Assembly (NCBI GenBank): GCA_021159885.1 | Contig: JAGHDO010000057.1 | Location: forward strand, 1,418 to 65,417 | Direction: 5' to 3' | Source of the DNA: Synergistota bacterium | GTDB taxonomy: Bacteria; Synergistota; GBS-1 | DNA length: 64,000 nucleotides | Shown: positions 60,095 through 64,000 of the stretch, piece after piece | How positions within the stretch are numbered: position 1 is the first letter of the stretch | Layout: the number at the start of each line of letters is the position of its first letter | Program-made: the position numbers and the translations under genes | The notes under the pieces: generated by a model | Told to the model about the DNA's origin: nothing | The model's input: the letters and a program-made list of their open reading frames with translations, nothing else | The model's database searches: none

Positions 60095-60753
60095 GAATTG
60101 CTCCTTCAATTTTGGCGGCAGATCTTTTATCACTGGGTGAGGTGCTTTCTCAGATATCCAGCGAGGTCGATCTACTTCACTTGGATATCATGGATGGCCA
60201 TTTCGTTCCTAACTTATCGTTTGGGCCCAAGCTCGCTTCTGACATAAGAAAGCGCTTTCACTCTGAATTCCTTCTCGAGGTTCATCTTATGGTTGATCAG
60301 CCTTCCCACTGGGCGAGTATATTTGCTGAAAAAGGGGGGGACATAATAATCTTTCACTGGGAAGCGGAGAAGCACCCCTTGAGGCTAATAAGAAGCATAA
60401 AGGGCAAGGGGAAAAAAGCTGGAATAGCTTTTAATCCGGCTACCTTATGGGAGGAGGCGAAGCTCATACTTCCAGAATTAGACTATGTTCTTGTGATGAG
60501 CGTAGATCCCGGTTTTAGCGGTCAATCTTTTATACCATGGATAATATCTAAGATTGAAACTTTAAGAGAGTACAGAGATAAAGAGGGTCTAAGTTTTGAA
60601 ATCGTGGTTGATGGAGGGGTTAATGTAGAAAACGCTTCTCTACTGAGGAAAGCAGGAGCTACCGTTTTGGTAGGTGGGGCGTCGATATTTTATGCAGATG
60701 ATCCCGTTAGAGCGATAAGAGCGTTAAGGGGGGATCGCGTGGATGTCAGATAA
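60079..60753 (+). CDS. rpe: Ribulose-phosphate 3-epimerase
   Basis: The 224-aa ORF has the Rpe motifs HLDIMDGHFVPN and MSVDPGFSGQ. Confidence 0.92.
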   Translation: MEEKVRIAPSILAADLLSLGEVLSQISSEVDLLHLDIMDGHFVPNLSFGPKLASDIRKRFHSEFLLEVHLMVDQPSHWASIFAEKGGDIIIFHWEAEKHPLRLIRSIKGKGKKAGIAFNPATLWEEAKLILPELDYVLVMSVDPGFSGQSFIPWIISKIETLREYRDKEGLSFEIVVDGGVNVENASLLRKAGATVLVGGASIFYADDPVRAIRALRGDRVDVR

Positions 60754-61657
60754 CCCTGGGAAGAAGAATGAAATGAGAGTTGGTGAGATAATAAGGAGAG
60801 AGCGGGAGAAGAAGGGTATAAGCGTGGAGCAGCTTTCGGAAATGACTAAGATAAGTAAGGAGTTTATAAAGGCTATAGAGGAGGAAAACTTTGATGTTCT
60901 ACCTGGAGATGTGTATACGGGAGGTTTTATAAGAAATATATCGATGACCTTGGGGCTTGATCCAGAAGAGATGAGAAGGCTTTATAAATCCCAGCGGAGG
61001 CGAGAGTATGAGGAGGAAGTAATGAAAGAGGCGGTGGAAACTCTTCCTCACTATGATGCGGATGTGGATAAGGGTATCAAGCCCAAGAAACCATGGCTTC
61101 TGGTTTTATTACTCTTGCTTCTTGTTGCGGGAGGAGCTTTCTATCTATATACTTCACGTACGGGTAATTTGACCTTCCTAACCAAAAGTTTTGTGAAAGG
61201 TGAGCTTGGGACACCAGCGACTTCTTCAGCGTCTGTGGTTTCGTCAGAGGTGAAGGAGAAAATGGTGCCTGAAAAGCTCGCAACGGCAGAAACCTCCGCT
61301 CTATCACTCGTTTCCTCTGAAACGGAAGCTTCTTCTCTCGAGGAGAAAGGATTGGCTACATCTCCTGTTGCGCTTTCTACAAAGCCGGTTTTAACTTCTC
61401 CTGAAAGAGAGGAGCTAAGCTTGAGAGTTGTAGCTGTGGGAAGGTGTTGGATCAGGGTTATAGCAGATGGAAAAAAGGTTTATGAGGGGACACTTGTGAA
61501 GGGAGACGAGAAAAGCTGGAAAGCCCGGAATAGCATTAAGGTAAGGTTTGGGAATATTGCTGGAGTGAAGATATATTTTAATGGAAAGGAGATCACTCCT
61601 CCCTCTGGCAGGGGTGGAGTTGTAGATATGACTTTTCCTATAAAGGAAGAGAGGTAG
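60743..61657 (+). CDS. rodZ: RodZ-like cytoskeleton-associated protein (HTH + TM + DUF4115)
   Basis: The 304-aa ORF has an N-terminal XRE-type HTH, a transmembrane helix (PWLLVLLLLLLVAGGAFYLY), a Ser-rich linker and a C-terminal DUF4115-like beta domain. Confidence 0.7.
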   Translation: MSDNPGKKNEMRVGEIIRREREKKGISVEQLSEMTKISKEFIKAIEEENFDVLPGDVYTGGFIRNISMTLGLDPEEMRRLYKSQRRREYEEEVMKEAVETLPHYDADVDKGIKPKKPWLLVLLLLLLVAGGAFYLYTSRTGNLTFLTKSFVKGELGTPATSSASVVSSEVKEKMVPEKLATAETSALSLVSSETEASSLEEKGLATSPVALSTKPVLTSPEREELSLRVVAVGRCWIRVIADGKKVYEGTLVKGDEKSWKARNSIKVRFGNIAGVKIYFNGKEITPPSGRGGVVDMTFPIKEER

Positions 61658-61666
61658 TTTTATAGA

Positions 61667-62950
61667 TTGAAGGTAGCAGTAGTCAGCTTAGGTTGCCCAA
61701 AGAACGAAATCGATACGGAACTTATTCTTGGGAAATTAGTTGAGGAGGGGATGGAAATAACTTCTAAGCTTGAGGGAGCTGATCTTGCCCTCGTGAATAC
61801 ATGTGCTTTTATAGACTCTGCTATTGAAGAGTCGCTTTCTTGGATTTCAAAGTTGGTTTTCCTTAAGAGGAAAGGCGTTATAAAGCGCATAGCTGTGGTG
61901 GGTTGTCTCTTTCAGAGATACACGGGGAAACTATTTGAGTATTTTAAGGATGTGGATTATTTTGCGGGGACAGGATACCCTCACGAAGTAGGGATTTTCC
62001 TTGTAAATTGCTTAAAAAATGGTCTCGGAAGAAAGGTTTTCCTCAAAGAGCTTCCTACCTCGTGGGTTGAAAAGGGATTGCGCATACCTATAAAGAGAGC
62101 GTTTTATTCTTATCTGAAGATAGCAGAGGGGTGTAATAATAGATGTGCGTATTGCGTTATACCGAAGCTACGAGGGCCCTATAGAAGTAAGCCACTGGAT
62201 ATGATCCTTGAAGAAGCGGAGGGGATTTTAAAGACCGGTGTGAAGGAGCTAATCCTCGTCTCTCAGGATAGCACTCTTTATTCTCCTTCTCTCTCTTTGC
62301 TTTTAAAGAAGCTGAGCGAATTAAACGGAGATTTCTGGATCAGGGTTCTTTATCTTAATCCTGCGCGAATTACAGCGGAGCTGTTAGAGACGGTGCTTTC
62401 CCTCGAGAAGGTTTGTTCATATCTCGATATACCTATTCAGCATGTTGATGATCGTGTTCTCTCCTTGATGAAAAGGAGGTATACCTATCGCGATCTCTAC
62501 TTACTATTTGGTGGGATAAGAGCTATAAGCGATGAAATATGCCTTAGAACCACTGTGATGCTTGGCTTTCCAGGCGAAGGGAGAGAAGCTTTTGAGAAGC
62601 TTTTATCATTCATTTCGGATATCCGTTTTGATAAGTTAGGAAGCTTTATATATTCCCCGCAGGAAGGAACCGAGTCTTATAGGCTAAAGCCGGTGCCTTT
62701 AAGAGTTGCTAAAAGGAGAAGAGACATGCTGATGAAACTTCAACAGGCTATATCGCGTAGGCGAAACGAATCTCTGGTTGGAAAAACGCTACGAGTTCTG
62801 GTTGAATTCCCAGGAATGGGCAGAAGCTATAGGGATGCCCCTGAGATAGATGGTATAGTATATTTCAACGGGGGCGCTCAACCTGGTAGCTTTGCTAATG
62901 TGAAAATCCAGAGGGCGGGTGATTATGATCTATGGGGCACGATGGAATAG
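61667..62950 (+). CDS. rimO: Ribosomal protein S12 methylthiotransferase RimO (MiaB-like radical SAM)
   Basis: The 427-aa ORF has an MTTase N-domain (VSLGCPKN), a radical-SAM CNNRCAYC motif and a C-terminal TRAM domain. Confidence 0.8.
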   Translation: MKVAVVSLGCPKNEIDTELILGKLVEEGMEITSKLEGADLALVNTCAFIDSAIEESLSWISKLVFLKRKGVIKRIAVVGCLFQRYTGKLFEYFKDVDYFAGTGYPHEVGIFLVNCLKNGLGRKVFLKELPTSWVEKGLRIPIKRAFYSYLKIAEGCNNRCAYCVIPKLRGPYRSKPLDMILEEAEGILKTGVKELILVSQDSTLYSPSLSLLLKKLSELNGDFWIRVLYLNPARITAELLETVLSLEKVCSYLDIPIQHVDDRVLSLMKRRYTYRDLYLLFGGIRAISDEICLRTTVMLGFPGEGREAFEKLLSFISDIRFDKLGSFIYSPQEGTESYRLKPVPLRVAKRRRDMLMKLQQAISRRRNESLVGKTLRVLVEFPGMGRSYRDAPEIDGIVYFNGGAQPGSFANVKIQRAGDYDLWGTME

Positions 62951-63390
62951 GGAAGTTAGCTTACTACTTCGCAACCTTTGGTGGATTGGGAAAACTATTT
63001 GAGAATAGAATGCCTGGTACTATTGCCACGGCAGTTGCTCTTATAATAAGGTGGAAGATCGACCTTGGTTTCTTTCCTATAGTGGTGTTGTTTTTCATTG
63101 GCGTTTGGGCTTCACATGTCTATTCAAAGGCCTTAAGAGATGACGATCCTCCCTGTGTTGTTATAGATGAGGTTGTGGGGTACTTCGTGGCTATGTATGG
63201 TTTTAGCGATATAATGTTACTTCCGAGCTTTTTTTTCTTCAGAATTCTTGATATAGTCAAGCCCTTTCCTGTAAGAGCGTTCGAAAAGCTGCCGGGGGGA
63301 TGGGGTATAATGATGGATGATGTAATAGCTGGTATAGTTTCGAATGTTCTTATATCTCTCGGAGTCTGGTTCTGGGGGTTGCAAAGATGA
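62932..63390 (+). CDS. pgpA: Phosphatidylglycerophosphatase A
   Basis: The 152-aa ORF belongs to the PgpA family (FGGLGKL...PGT.A...VVIDEVVG). Confidence 0.85.
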   Translation: MGHDGIGKLAYYFATFGGLGKLFENRMPGTIATAVALIIRWKIDLGFFPIVVLFFIGVWASHVYSKALRDDDPPCVVIDEVVGYFVAMYGFSDIMLLPSFFFFRILDIVKPFPVRAFEKLPGGWGIMMDDVIAGIVSNVLISLGVWFWGLQR

Positions 63391-64000
63391 GAGCGGTTGT
63401 TTTATCCACAGGCGATGAGGTTTTGTTGGGGGAGATAAGTGAGAGCAATGGGGGTTTTATCTCTCGTGCTCTCGTAGAAGTAGGAATAGATGTGTTTGCC
63501 AGATTTATCGTTGAGGATGACAGGGAAAAGCTTATAGACATTATGAAGATAGCCCTTGATAACGCCGATATGTTAATAATAACTGGTGGGTTGGGTCCTA
63601 CGGATGATGATCTGACAAGAGAGGCAGTGGCTTCTTTATTGGGTGTGAAGCTTGAGCTTAGAGAGGAAGCGAGGAAGTGGATAGATGATTTCTTTAAGCG
63701 TCTTGGAAGAGATGTTCCTCCAGAGGCCGAAAAACAGCTTCTCTTTCCTGAGGGAGCCGAGATAATACCTAACGAGCTGGGAACCGCGTGTGGTTTTTTC
63801 ATAGAGCGGGGCGGTAAGGTTATAGCTGCTCTCTCAGGTGTACCCTGGGAGGCGGAGAGGATGTTTAACAGATATCTTTTACCCAGACTTTCGAGGGGTA
63901 GAGAGATATTTCTAAAGAGACTTCATATCATTGGATTAAGAGAGACCCAGGCTTTCAGGATTCTCAAAAGCCTTGATCTCGGTGATCGCGTTAAGGTGGG
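63387..64000 (+). CDS. cinA: CinA-family competence/damage-inducible protein (MoCF-binding N-domain), truncated by window end
   Basis: The N-terminus MRAVVLSTGDEVLLGEI...IITGGLGPTDDDLT is typical of CinA. The ORF runs off the window end. Confidence 0.85.
   Translation, partial: MRAVVLSTGDEVLLGEISESNGGFISRALVEVGIDVFARFIVEDDREKLIDIMKIALDNADMLIITGGLGPTDDDLTREAVASLLGVKLELREEARKWIDDFFKRLGRDVPPEAEKQLLFPEGAEIIPNELGTACGFFIERGGKVIAALSGVPWEAERMFNRYLLPRLSRGREIFLKRLHIIGLRETQAFRILKSLDLGDRVKV

Overview
The window is a gene-dense (~90% coding) chromosomal segment from an anaerobic fermentative bacterium. I infer from gene content and a mid-40s GC estimated by eye that it resembles an amino-acid and organic-acid fermenter such as a Synergistetes-like lineage; this is inference only. 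It is mostly conserved housekeeping and catabolic operons. These include a partial mnmG, a lactate-type FAD oxidase with EtfAB and a sodium:solute symporter with its DUF3311 partner, tgt, ptb-buk, and a long minus-strand array citCDEFX – Cache/PAS-GGDEF sensor – trmO-like – gcvT-H-PA-PB. Also present are asparaginase, ADP-ribosylglycohydrolase, two further GGDEF proteins, rqcH, rluD, lspA, ileS, a dipeptide ABC importer with isoaspartyl dipeptidase and an M20 amidohydrolase, and gltX co-oriented with tRNA-Gln and tRNA-Glu. Further along are hom, an NTPase, a PurM-like protein, queH, trmI, a tRNA/tadA/SRP-RNA island with four tRNAs, iorAB, YugP, rsmB, a PASTA protein, rpe, rodZ, rimO, pgpA and a partial cinA. 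No CRISPR array, transposase or integrase is evident. The most unusual locus is 42210-46607, which looks AT-richer than its flanks by eye. It is a translationally coupled four-gene module: a secreted TPR protein, a two-FN3-domain protein, a clostripain-family (C11) cysteine peptidase, and a catalytically dead C11 paralog with a lipoprotein-like signal. The FN3 protein and the active peptidase share a near-identical Cys-containing C-terminal tail (SAGC motif, EG-x-S, a transmembrane helix, then basic residues), which looks like a dedicated sorting signal. Secondary oddities are a half-size butyrate-kinase C-domain paralog, an asparaginase with no canonical start codon, a 5'-truncated LivK-type binding-protein remnant, and tight coupling of tRNA genes to the enzymes that act on them (gltX with tRNA-Gln and tRNA-Glu; tadA with tRNA-Arg-ACG).
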